This document shows positions 1 to 8,062 of a stretch of DNA of 22,154 nt, piece by piece. Each line of letters begins with the position of its first letter. Within the stretch, counting starts at the first letter, position 1. The position numbers and the translations under genes are program-made. The notes under the pieces were generated by a model. That model made no database searches. It was not told the DNA's origin and saw nothing but the letters and a program-made list of their open reading frames with translations. Origin of the DNA: a virus (lineage: Duplodnaviria; Heunggongvirae; Uroviricota; Caudoviricetes); IMG/VR virus record IMGVR_UViG_2540341091_000004; one strand, written 5' to 3'.

Positions 1-1164
1 TTACGCCTTCTTTATATCCTCCATAATTCCACAGTGGGACATATTTGGGACATTATCACCAAAAATGTCGTCTATTTTCCTTGCATGCTCTGTCAAATGA
101 TTAGGCGCAAGGTGAGCATACCTACGAACCATTTCTATGGACTCCCATCCGCCCATTTCCTGAAGCACAGATAATGGGACGCCTGACTGGATCAGCCAGC
201 TTGCCCAGGTGTGTCTGAGGTCATGGAAACGGAAATCTTCAATTCCTGCACGACGACAAGCTGATAGCCATGATGTCTTGCTGTCGATGCGCATCTTCCT
301 GACCGCAGGCGTTGATGTTCCATCTGCTCGCTTAGCCGCCTTGGTATGTACAAACACCCATTTGTGATGCTTGCCTATTTGATCACGCAACACTTTACAG
401 GCGGTATCGTTCAGCGCCACACCAATGGCGCGGTTTGATTTGCTCTCTTCTGGATTCACCCAGGCAACTCGTCGCTGCATGTCGATTTGTTGCCATTCCA
501 GATTTATGATGTTCGACTTTCTCAGACCAGTTGCCAGCGCAAACTTGACGACAGATTTCAGTGGTTCGGGGCACTCATCAATAAGGCGTTTTGCTTCCTC
601 CTTTTCCAGCCATCTGACTCGCTTGTTTCTGACCGCTGGTATCTTGATGACAGGCGCTTTTTCCAGCCACTTCCAGTCGCGTTCTGCAGCACGGAGAATG
701 GCCTTTATCATGGCAAGATGCTTTGCCTTTGTCTGAGTTGATACTGGCTTTGGTTCATAAACAGGCGGTTCTTTACCTTTCCTGATGGCGGCCTGAACTT
801 TCTGTTTCCATATTTCTTTCGTCTTTCTGTTATGCATTCTGCTTACAGCAGAGTAAATCTTTGCCTCCGAGATATCTTTAAGCCTTATACCCTCAAAATG
901 TTCAAGCCAGAACTCAATCCGGCTTTTATCTGAATCGAGAGATTTTTTATCAGCTTTTTCCTCAAGCCATCTTAGGCAGGCCTCTTCAAAAGTGACATCA
1001 GGTAAATCCCCTAGCTTTTCTACTCGCCAGAGTTCTGCTTTTCGCTTGTCGTGCAACTCCTGAGCTTGCCGCTTGTCCTTTGTGCCAAGAGATTCCTTAA
1101 TTCGTTTCCCGCCCGGGAGCGAATACGAGGCATACCATATTTCATTTCTGCGGAAGAGTGACAT
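1..1164 (-). CDS. int: Tyrosine site-specific integrase (phage integrase family)
   Basis: 387-aa ORF; C-terminal catalytic region [39 protein letters not shown] is the classic tyrosine-recombinase signature. ATG at 1164, stop codon at 1-3, so attL/att core lies outside the window. Confidence 0.9.
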   Translation of the reverse strand: MSLFRRNEIWYASYSLPGGKRIKESLGTKDKRQAQELHDKRKAELWRVEKLGDLPDVTFEEACLRWLEEKADKKSLDSDKSRIEFWLEHFEGIRLKDISEAKIYSAVSRMHNRKTKEIWKQKVQAAIRKGKEPPVYEPKPVSTQTKAKHLAMIKAILRAAERDWKWLEKAPVIKIPAVRNKRVRWLEKEEAKRLIDECPEPLKSVVKFALATGLRKSNIINLEWQQIDMQRRVAWVNPEESKSNRAIGVALNDTACKVLRDQIGKHHKWVFVHTKAAKRADGTSTPAVRKMRIDSKTSWLSACRRAGIEDFRFHDLRHTWASWLIQSGVPLSVLQEMGGWESIEMVRRYAHLAPNHLTEHARKIDDIFGDNVPNMSHCGIMEDIKKA

Positions 1165-1391
1165 TTTCTTTCCTCTGTTATGCCATCACCCGCGCTCACC
1201 TGGACAGTATGCAGCGGAGACTGAAGCGCCGCAATGCAAGCTTGCCGTGTTGTGAGGTAAGGAGATTTTGGCTTGGTTGGATCTTTACGTGTTGCCTGTA
1301 GGCGGCCTGTTCGTATCCAGTTGGTGGCGGTTGGTCTGGATATCTTAAGAAAATGACAGGCCTCATCGAGTGTGAGGCTGTATGGCTCCAT
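1020..1391 (-). CDS. xis: Excisionase / AlpA-like helix-turn-helix protein
   Basis: Start [31 protein letters not shown] resembles AlpA/Xis HTH. Its ATG (1391-1389) overlaps the upstream stop by 1 nt (TAATG). The frame stays open to 1020, overlapping int by about 145 nt, so the true 3' end is uncertain. Confidence 0.6.
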   Translation of the reverse strand: MEPYSLTLDEACHFLKISRPTATNWIRTGRLQATRKDPTKPKSPYLTTRQACIAALQSPLHTVQVSAGDGITEERKCHSSAEMKYGMPRIRSRAGNELRNLLAQRTSGKLRSCTTSEKQNSGE

Positions 1392-1696
1392 TATTTCACC
1401 TCTTGCTGTGACATTGTTGAAAAATGGATACCAGCTCGTTGCTGCCAGACGATCCAACCGAGAGTCATATCCCATGCCATGTATTCGTTATCGCCGTTTT
1501 TTACTCTCCGACGATCTACTAAGTCACCGAAACGCTTTTCCATGAATAATTCATAAGCTTCGCGTTCATCTGGTTCTACTTCCAGAGATAGGAGTGCGAT
1601 TTCATAAGCACGGCGCTCAATATCGTCTCGCACGTCAAGGCTGCTGATACGCTCTTTAATTTCTTTAATCAGTTCTTTGTCGGTAAAAGTGGTCAT
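1391..1696 (-). CDS. Hypothetical phage early protein (101 aa; size and synteny as YfdT of CPS-53)
   Basis: Complete ORF with ATG at 1696 overlapping the upstream stop by 1 nt; acidic protein with no recognisable motif. Assignment by size and position only. Confidence 0.5.
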   Translation of the reverse strand: MTTFTDKELIKEIKERISSLDVRDDIERRAYEIALLSLEVEPDEREAYELFMEKRFGDLVDRRRVKNGDNEYMAWDMTLGWIVWQQRAGIHFSTMSQQEVK

Positions 1697-2058
1697 TATG
1701 CTCCAGCCTCCGGTGCTTTTGGCATTACTGCCCAGTGAGTGATATTGACGTTTTCAAGGTCCCCGACCTGAAATGTCCACTGCCATTCTCCGGTTTCTTT
1801 TTGTCCCCAGGTGTACCAGAGAGAACGCCAGCCAATTAGCCAGCCTTCTCCTTTAGCATCGAATAACAAAACACTTTCATTTGCTGGTGGCAGTTCAGTT
1901 GACACTGGTATTACTTTGTTTTCCTGTGCTGCACATTTAGCTTCAAGCGCATCGAATTTACGCACCAGGTATTCAGCATCTGTTTCATTTACTTTCAGAT
2001 CTCGCGGTACACATCTCCCACGAAGAAACCCTTCCATTTCGAAAACATTCATGCGCAT
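1696..2058 (-). CDS. DUF551-like phage protein (120 aa; YfdS-like)
   Basis: Trp-rich C-terminus (GWLIGWRSLWYTWGQKETGEWQW) typical of DUF551 as I recall it; size and position match YfdS. Overlaps the upstream gene by 10 nt. Confidence 0.5.
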   Translation of the reverse strand: MRMNVFEMEGFLRGRCVPRDLKVNETDAEYLVRKFDALEAKCAAQENKVIPVSTELPPANESVLLFDAKGEGWLIGWRSLWYTWGQKETGEWQWTFQVGDLENVNITHWAVMPKAPEAGA

Positions 2059-2585
2059 TTGCGTAACTCCGATAACTCGTTAAAGCGTTCCATAAACATC
2101 CCGTAGGCATGGCCCGGTGCCAGTGGAATCACGTTGAACATCTCTGTTGCCGGGATACCTTCCAGTACAGGCCAGAAAGAGCCATCATCAAGCCCGAGAT
2201 CGCGGCGTTCGGTTGCCAGCATGATGAGATCGGCATATTTCACGGGCGTACTCATAACTGGGGGTAACCCGTATTTCTCACGGATTACGGCGTCTATTTT
2301 TTCTTCCATTTGTTTATAGTCAGGAAGAAGGCGTTTCAGTGGTGCGGGAATGTCCTGGCAATACGCTTCTGTTGCATCATGCATTAACGCTTCAAAAGCA
2401 AATTCCTGCGGCACCAGCTGGCTGCAAAGAACCGCATGTTGGGCGACGCTGTAGAAGTGCGAAAGATGACCGGCAAAGCGACAGATATTTGAAAGGGAAA
2501 CCGCGATATCGTTAATATCGATGTCGTCTTTATTTATCCTGTCATAATAAAAATGCTTCCCGGAAAAAGTTTTAATAAATGACAT
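2049..2585 (-). CDS. yfdR: HD-domain phosphohydrolase (YfdR-like, 178 aa)
   Basis: H...HD metal-binding motif (FAGHLSHFYSVAQHAV ... ALMHDATEAY). Start taken at ATG 2585 (MSFIKTF) with GGAG 6 nt upstream, rather than the ORF-track start at 2612. Symbol is from memory of CPS-53. Confidence 0.7.
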   Translation of the reverse strand: MSFIKTFSGKHFYYDRINKDDIDINDIAVSLSNICRFAGHLSHFYSVAQHAVLCSQLVPQEFAFEALMHDATEAYCQDIPAPLKRLLPDYKQMEEKIDAVIREKYGLPPVMSTPVKYADLIMLATERRDLGLDDGSFWPVLEGIPATEMFNVIPLAPGHAYGMFMERFNELSELRKCA

Positions 2586-2712
2586 TTTGTTCTCCACGTA
2601 TATGCGCTGCACCGCGCTGAATTCTGGTAAAAAGAATCCCTCACCATCCTGCGATTATTGAGTAAATTACGTTTCCATAAATGCCCCCGCAGGGGCATTT
2701 GCAGTAATGAAA

Positions 2713-3537
2713 TCAGGCGGTGAAAGTACCAATAAAGGTTTCTACTTTGCTGTCCTTGAATTTCTCAACAAGCAGATCACGAAATTCGTTAGCCATTTCT
2801 TCCTGCACCGCCTCCAGCTGAATAATGCGCAGAACCAGTACAGGACGATCGCCAGTGATAATACTGAGGCGTAATTTAAACGGACGTTCTTTCAGACCTT
2901 CAAACGGAACGCATTTAAATTCAAATGCCACTGGCATAATGTCTTTGGTCTTCGCTTCGACAGACTCCATCAGGGAGCGTTTGCCGCTGAAGTCATTATC
3001 TTCAAAATCAGCGGTCTGGTTTGCTTCAATCGTGATTTTACGGACAGCCGCAGCCGCTTTTGTTGCCTGAATGGCGTCACCATTAGCATCAAAGCCCACA
3101 AGGTAGTCGGCCCAGTCTTCAATCCATTCTGCCAGTGACTTCTGGGAGTTACGCTCGCCGTTAACAGACAACAGAGCAGAGAACGGTGCTGTCTTTTTCA
3201 GTTTGAGAGTGGCGGTGTTATCTGCGTGACCTGGTTCATCAATAGTACCCAGGTTAAGCACACTGACGGCACGCATATTATCGGCATCGATAAAGCAGCG
3301 GGTGCCTTCATCTGCAAGAACTTTAGAATAACGGGTAAAGTCATCGATGCTGGCAGTGGAAAGCGCACCACGGAAACGGAAGCGATTTAAATTAAATTTT
3401 TCCAGATCATGAATGCGGAAATTCTCAGGCAATGCCACAGCATCGGCACCAATCTTACTGATAATTTCATTAACACCCTGAGCAGAAATAAGGGCATGGA
3501 TTTGATTAATTGCGGTTGCGTCTAAGTTCTGAGACAT
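2713..3537 (-). CDS. yfdQ: DUF2303-family phage protein (YfdQ-like, 274 aa)
   Basis: Complete ORF, ATG 3537 with GAGGA RBS; length and position match YfdQ of CPS-53. Domain assignment is from memory, not a search. Confidence 0.6.
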   Translation of the reverse strand: MSQNLDATAINQIHALISAQGVNEIISKIGADAVALPENFRIHDLEKFNLNRFRFRGALSTASIDDFTRYSKVLADEGTRCFIDADNMRAVSVLNLGTIDEPGHADNTATLKLKKTAPFSALLSVNGERNSQKSLAEWIEDWADYLVGFDANGDAIQATKAAAAVRKITIEANQTADFEDNDFSGKRSLMESVEAKTKDIMPVAFEFKCVPFEGLKERPFKLRLSIITGDRPVLVLRIIQLEAVQEEMANEFRDLLVEKFKDSKVETFIGTFTA

Positions 3538-3601
3538 AATAAGTCCTCACTATATAAAGATATTCAGTGATGAGATAAATAATCAGTTTATTAGAACGAT
3601 A

Positions 3602-3964
3602 TTAACGACCTGCTGCGCGGAGTTTTCCGTCAGGTTCACCGGCAAGAGTCAGTAATTGTCCCTGGTCTTCCTGCAGAATAGTCAGGCGACCACCGCGATT
3701 GACATACATCGGCGTTTCGGTGGTGTCTTCTTCGGAAATTTTCCCGCGGTTAGTTGGGCGAACATATGAGAGTTTGTGTTTGATTTTCACACGGTTCTCA
3801 TCAAACGGTTCGATTTCCAGATTGAGTGAGACCTTCCCTTTGGTTTTCGTGTTCATCACACCGGAAGCGACCTCACTGAGAACTGCGCCGATTTTGGTTT
3901 CAAATACGCCGCCGTCCAGCTCCCCGATAAATGCCTGCACATCAGTACTGCGTTCGCTAGCCAT
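3602..3964 (-). CDS. Hypothetical phage protein (120 aa; YfdP-like by size and synteny)
   Basis: True start is ATG 3964 with a GAGGAG RBS 7 nt upstream. The ORF-track start at 4087 is the lambda A start codon fused to 41 junk codons. Confidence 0.5.
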   Translation of the reverse strand: MASERSTDVQAFIGELDGGVFETKIGAVLSEVASGVMNTKTKGKVSLNLEIEPFDENRVKIKHKLSYVRPTNRGKISEEDTTETPMYVNRGGRLTILQEDQGQLLTLAGEPDGKLRAAGR

Positions 3965-4060
3965 TTTGCTGCTCCTCATCATATCGACCCTGCAAGGTCG
4001 GTTGGTTTCTCCACAAAACAGAGAAGAACACCTGCGGTGGCAGCCGCCCGGATGGATTGG

Positions 4061-4087
4061 GTTAACCTGACTGTTCGATATATTCAC
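4061..4087 (-). pseudogene. Terminase large subunit (lambda A) 5' remnant - start codon plus first 9 codons only
   Basis: Translation MNISNSQVN matches the lambda gpA N-terminus; homology to lambda stops immediately after GGTTAAC at about 4061. Confidence 0.7.
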
Positions 4088-4607
4088 TCAGCAACCCCGG
4101 TATCAGTTCATCCAGCGCGGCTGCTTTGTTCATGGCTTTGATGATATCCCGTTTCAGGAAATCAACATGTCGGTTTTCCAGTTCCGGAAAACGCCGCTGC
4201 ACCGACAGGGGGATCCCGTCGAGAATACTGGCAATTTCACCTGCGATCCGCGACAGCACGAAAGTACAGAATGCGGTTTCCACCACTTCAGCGGAGTCTC
4301 TGGCATTTTTCAGCTCCTGTGCGTCGGCCTGCGCACGCGTAAGTCGATGGCGTTCGTACTCAATAGTCCCTGGCTGGAGATCTGTCTCGCTGGCCTGCCG
4401 CAGTTCTTCAACTTCCCGGCGCAGCTTTTCGTTCTCAATTTCAGCATCCCTTTCGGCATACCATTTTATGACGGCGGCAGAGTCATAAAGCACCTCATTA
4501 CCCTTGCCACCGCCTCGCAGAACGGGCATTCCCTGTTCCTGCCAGTTCTGAATGGTACGGATACTCGCACCGAAAATGTCAGCCAGCTGCTTTTTGTTGA
4601 CTTCCAT
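4062..4607 (-). CDS. nu1: Terminase small subunit Nu1 (lambda-type TerS)
   Basis: 181-aa protein MEVNKKQLADIFGASIRTIQNWQEQGMPVLRGGGKGNEVLYDSAAVIKWYAERD... is essentially identical to lambda Nu1 as I recall it; complete ORF. Confidence 0.9.
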   Translation of the reverse strand: MEVNKKQLADIFGASIRTIQNWQEQGMPVLRGGGKGNEVLYDSAAVIKWYAERDAEIENEKLRREVEELRQASETDLQPGTIEYERHRLTRAQADAQELKNARDSAEVVETAFCTFVLSRIAGEIASILDGIPLSVQRRFPELENRHVDFLKRDIIKAMNKAAALDELIPGLLSEYIEQSG

Positions 4608-4830
4608 TGTTCATTCCACGGACAAAAACAGAGAAAGGAAACGACAGAGGCCAAAAAGCTCGCTTTCAGCACCTGTCGTTTCCTTTCTTTTCAGAGGGTA
4701 TTTTAAATAAAAACATTAAGTTATGACGAAGAAGAACGGAAACGCCTTAAACCGGAAAATTTTCATAAATAGCGAAAACCCGCGAGGTCGCCGCCCCGTA
4801 GCCTGTTGGATCGCCGGAAAGGACCCGAAA
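4608..4830 (-). other. cos site (cosB - cosN - cosQ); 12-nt cohesive-end sequence at 4785-4796
   Basis: Reverse complement of 4785-4796 is GGGCGGCGACCT. Minus-strand sequence from there to the Nu1 start matches the lambda left end, and 4797-4830 matches the lambda right end (...CGGCGATCCAACAGGCTACG). Confidence 0.85.
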
Positions 4831-4945
4831 AACGAGAATAATTATCACTTACAGCAAGAATCGAATCTGATCTATTATGGTGCTTGCTATTATGTGCCGG
4901 CACAAGTGCGTCGTTTACCGTCATTTCACACAGAGGCATCATCAA

Positions 4946-5197
4946 ATGAAAATCAGAAATATTCTCGCTATCTCCCTTGCAACATCATCCTTCAGTTGCC
5001 TGGCATTTAAATCCTCGCCCAATGTGCTACCAGGACCAACGAATCAACTAACTGCGGTAGAAAGTAAAATTATCGGACATTTTTATGCCCCACACAGTGC
5101 ATTACCCGGAACAACCATCACAGGGACATGTGACGCCTCCCCCGTCCCGGGATGCACCTGTCCGTTTTGTACTATGCTGCGTAGCCAAAACCGATAA
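4946..5197 (+). CDS. Small secreted protein (83 aa) with N-terminal signal peptide and Cys-containing C-terminus
   Basis: ATG 4946 preceded by AGAGG; MKIRNILAISLATSSFSCLA looks like a Sec signal peptide; mature part contains TGTCDASPVPGCTCPFC. No family recognised. Confidence 0.4.
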   Translation: MKIRNILAISLATSSFSCLAFKSSPNVLPGPTNQLTAVESKIIGHFYAPHSALPGTTITGTCDASPVPGCTCPFCTMLRSQNR

Positions 5198-5258
5198 CAT
5201 CCGCATTTACCTGGTATTCCATGATGAGTTCACGCAGCGACTGATAGAGGAAGGAAAG

Positions 5259-5438
5259 ATGGTTAGCAAAAGCAAGGCGCATTGCCGCCGCATGCTGCAG
5301 GCATTGCAACAGACGAGAGCAGGTATTTTTGACCAGTTGGAAAACTGCCAGCATACTTTGCCCGAGTATATCGCCATCTCATCGGAAACCAGTGCAACTC
5401 TTATTCATCGGGTTCCACTAGAGAAAAAGAAGAAATGA
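5259..5438 (+). CDS. Small hypothetical protein (59 aa)
   Basis: ATG 5259 with strong RBS AGGAAGGAAAG immediately upstream; followed by a hairpin at 5445-5469. No homology recognised. Confidence 0.35.
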   Translation: MVSKSKAHCRRMLQALQQTRAGIFDQLENCQHTLPEYIAISSETSATLIHRVPLEKKKK

Positions 5439-5444
5439 ACAGTG

Positions 5445-5470
5445 AGGCGTTGTGTGGCATACAACGCCTT
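5445..5470 (+). terminator. Stem-loop downstream of the 4946-5438 cassette (possible terminator)
   Basis: Perfect 9-bp stem AGGCGTTGT/ACAACGCCT with 7-nt loop; only a weak T tract follows. Confidence 0.3.
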
Positions 5471-5560
5471 CTTCCATCATTCCTCGTCAGCCATGACAAA
5501 AATATAACCGCTGGCTCTTTCATTTTTCTCCTGCTTCCAGCCCCTCTCTACCTGGAAGCA

Positions 5561-5887
5561 TCAGGGACGTGACGGCGTAAAGATAAATTGTCTCTTCACT
5601 CCCTGACAGGGACGATTCTTTTCAAATCGCCATTTCGCCATGGCCTTCACCACTTCATCACGAAACAAATTATGAGGCTCTGAGCGGAGAAAAACGATCC
5701 GTGTCACAGTCCCATCAGCACCAATATCGAACTTAACCTCAACCAGCCCCTTGATATAATTTGCTGCAGCATATTCCGGATATCGTGGATACACCGTCAC
5801 TAATTGCCGGGGCTCATCAGCTTTTTGCTGCGAGCATCCCACTGCTAGGACAGATAACAGAAAAAGTAGTAAAAGGCGTCTTTTCAT
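5561..5887 (-). CDS. Lipoprotein with TonB C-terminal-like domain (108 aa)
   Basis: MKRRLLLLFLLSVLAVGC is a lipobox signal. PRYPEYAAANYIKGLVEVKFDIGADGTVTRIVFLRSEPHNLFRDEVVKAMAKWRFE aligns by eye to E. coli TonB C-terminal domain (P.YP..A.A..IEG.V.VKFDV..DG.V....L.A.P.N.FE.EV.NAM.RWR.EP). AGGA RBS before ATG 5887. Confidence 0.6.
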   Translation of the reverse strand: MKRRLLLLFLLSVLAVGCSQQKADEPRQLVTVYPRYPEYAAANYIKGLVEVKFDIGADGTVTRIVFLRSEPHNLFRDEVVKAMAKWRFEKNRPCQGVKRQFIFTPSRP

Positions 5888-6367
5888 TTTTATTCCTACG
5901 GGTCTTATTCTGACAATATATCCTGTGTTCCAGACTGCCACATCACCACATCCTGTGCCATTATCTGACTCACATTACATACATCGCATCGGGATACAGT
6001 AGTAGCACTTTCTGTAATACAGCTTCCGGTTTCTTCCACCATCGCACCGGGATAAATCCGCGAATCATTAACGCGGTAAAAACCCGGTGTGCATCGTTTT
6101 TAATTATTCCCGCACACTCACGCAGAAGGAATTCCCCGTCGGGCTACGGTCATGGTTAATGCGGGAATACGGCGACGATACAGCGCAGCTAAAAGGGTAA
6201 TGGACGGATAGACCGGTTTATTTCATTCTACAGGATTCTGAGTGTCCCCAACTCCCTCCAATCGTCTGAGCTCACCTGTGTAGTTTTAATTTTCATCAAT
6301 CCATTTAACTATCGTTTAATTGTTGTCACATAGGATTCTGCCGTTTTTAACAATGCAGGATAATAAG

Positions 6368-6661
6368 ATGAAAAAAATGTTGTTTTCTGCCGCTCTGGCA
6401 ATGCTTATTACAGGATGTGCTCAACAGACGTTTACTGTTGGAAACAAACCGACAGCAGTAACACCAAAGGAAACCATCACCCATCATTTCTTCGTTTCGG
6501 GAATTGGGCAGAAGAAAACTGTCGATGCAGCAAAAATTTGTGGTGGTGCAGAAAATGTGGTTAAAACAGAAACCCAGCAAACATTCGTAAATGGATTGCT
6601 CGGTTTCATCACTTTTGGCATTTATACTCCGCTGGAAGCGCGGGTGTATTGCTCAAAATAA
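6368..6661 (+). CDS. bor: Bor lipoprotein (serum-resistance, Iss family)
   Basis: 97-aa protein MKKMLFSAALAMLITGCAQQTFTV...EARVYCSK, near-identical to lambda Bor as recalled; AGGA RBS. Confidence 0.9.
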   Translation: MKKMLFSAALAMLITGCAQQTFTVGNKPTAVTPKETITHHFFVSGIGQKKTVDAAKICGGAENVVKTETQQTFVNGLLGFITFGIYTPLEARVYCSK

Positions 6662-6692
6662 TTGCATGAGTTGCCCATCGATATGAGCAACT

Positions 6693-7154
6693 CTATCTGC
6701 ACTGCTCATTAATATACTTCTGGGTTCCTTCCAGTTGTTTTTGCATAGTGATCAGCCTCTCTCTGAGGGTGAAATAATCCCGTTCAGCGGTGTCTGCCAG
6801 TCGGGGGGAGGCTGCATTATCCACGCCGGAGGCGGTGGTGGCTTCACGCACTGACTGACAGACTGCTTTGATGTGCAACCGACGACGACCAGCGGCAACA
6901 TCATCACGCAGAGCATCATTTTCAGCTTTCGCATCAGCTAACTCCTTCGTGTATTTTGCATCGAGCGCAGCAACATCACGCTGACGCATCTGCATGTCAG
7001 TAATTGCCGCGTTCGCCAGCTTCAGTTCTCTGGCATTTTTGTCGCGCAGGGCTTTGTAGGCGATTGCGTTATCACGGTAATGATTAACAGCCCATGACAG
7101 GCAGACGATGATGCAGATAACCAGAGCATAAATAATCGCGGCGACTCTGCTCAC
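6693..7154 (-). CDS. Rz: Rz i-spanin (inner-membrane spanin)
   Basis: 153 aa, matches lambda Rz almost throughout (…[26 protein letters not shown]…QKYINEQCR). Starts at GTG 7154, overlapping the endolysin stop. Confidence 0.9.
   Translation of the reverse strand: MSRVAAIIYALVICIIVCLSWAVNHYRDNAIAYKALRDKNARELKLANAAITDMQMRQRDVAALDAKYTKELADAKAENDALRDDVAAGRRRLHIKAVCQSVREATTASGVDNAASPRLADTAERDYFTLRERLITMQKQLEGTQKYINEQCR
6752..6934 (-). CDS. Rz1: Rz1 o-spanin (outer-membrane lipoprotein) embedded in Rz in the +1 frame
   Basis: 60-aa [60 protein letters not shown], lambda Rz1-like proline-rich lipoprotein. Confidence 0.85.
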   Translation of the reverse strand: MRKLKMMLCVMMLPLVVVGCTSKQSVSQCVKPPPPPAWIMQPPPDWQTPLNGIISPSERG

Positions 7155-7684
7155 TGATCTATCCCCCAACAGGCTAATGCGCTTTCCTGGTCACGACGAA
7201 TAACCTGTCCATAGCAGTTATTTGAACGTATGCGGCAATCGCGCCCACCATCTTTTATCCACCAGCGAATCGCCTCGCATGCACCTTTACGATCACCGGC
7301 ATTCAGCCGCTTATAAAACGTCGACGGGAAACACTTACCGGGGCCAATGTTATAGGGACAAAATGACGCGATACCCGCTTTCTGTGGTTCGGTCAGTGGC
7401 ACTTTAATATTGCGCTCCACCCATGCCAGCGCCTTATCCCGTTCAATGGCGTTAACCTGGTCGCATTTTTCCTTCGACAGTTTCATACCGGGAACAACGG
7501 GTTTTCCATCCACCACCGTGGCACCCCGACAGATGGTCCAGATGCCGGAACCATCGCGGTATGCCGTTGTGTGGTTACCTTCTTTTTCATCCAGAAACTG
7601 GTCGAGAATATCAGGCGCAGGCGCACCGACGGCAATCAGTGCCAGAACGGCAGCCGACAGGCCGTATCTGATTTTTGCGTTCAT
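7151..7684 (-). CDS. SAR endolysin (GH24 lysozyme, phage-21 type)
   Basis: T4-lysozyme-type catalytic triad spacing in [23 protein letters not shown] (E-9-D-6-T); N-terminal Gly/Ala-rich weakly hydrophobic segment [18 protein letters not shown] typical of a signal-anchor-release domain. Confidence 0.85.
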   Translation of the reverse strand: MNAKIRYGLSAAVLALIAVGAPAPDILDQFLDEKEGNHTTAYRDGSGIWTICRGATVVDGKPVVPGMKLSKEKCDQVNAIERDKALAWVERNIKVPLTEPQKAGIASFCPYNIGPGKCFPSTFYKRLNAGDRKGACEAIRWWIKDGGRDCRIRSNNCYGQVIRRDQESALACWGIDQ

Positions 7685-7789
7685 GGATATTTATCAGGAT
7701 TTATCGGTTTCTGAACCCTGGATATGTTTATCTGTCCCGGCCTGTTGAATCAGGCAAGGAATAGTTAAATACAATAGAGAGGATTGTTT

Positions 7790-8062
7790 ATGGACAATAG
7801 CACCATTTCTCTACAGGAGTTGCTCGACTGCATTTCCAGGCTTCGGGATGATGTAAATGCCCTTACTGTCGCATTTTCATATCTGGCATTCTCAATTCCC
7901 AAGGAACAAATGCAACCAACACTGGCATCGCTCCAGCTTGAATCAATCAATCCCAAATGGTCCCAGCAACAACAAAATTCTTTCAAGTGGCTGGCGGTAT
8001 TACTGGAGGAAAAATATGCTGGTGAAATTACCATTTCGGCGGAGTCTTCAGTGAACCAGTAA
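7790..8062 (+). CDS. Hypothetical 90-aa acidic protein, antisense within the lysis cassette
   Basis: ATG 7790 with GAGAGGA RBS 7 nt upstream; occupies the 343-bp gap between endolysin and the upstream gene and overlaps the 3' end of 8028-8372 convergently. No family recognised. Confidence 0.3.
   Translation: MDNSTISLQELLDCISRLRDDVNALTVAFSYLAFSIPKEQMQPTLASLQLESINPKWSQQQQNSFKWLAVLLEEKYAGEITISAESSVNQ

Noticed and set aside
425-741. Plus-strand ORFs (103 aa and 84 aa) inside the integrase gene
   Set aside because: Entirely antisense to a well-supported integrase, Cys/Ser/Phe-rich low-complexity translations, no RBS; typical antisense artefacts.
2678-2699. Perfect 9-bp hairpin AAATGCCCC-cgca-GGGGCATTT between the YfdQ-like and HD genes
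   Set aside because: No adjacent T-run on either strand, so not called as a terminator; may be an RNA processing or stability element but there is no evidence either way.
3965-4087. N-terminal extension of ORF 3602-4087 starting MNISNSQVN
   Set aside because: The first 9 codons are the lambda terminase A start; the following 32 codons are junk across a recombination joint. The real gene starts at ATG 3964 with its own GAGGAG RBS.
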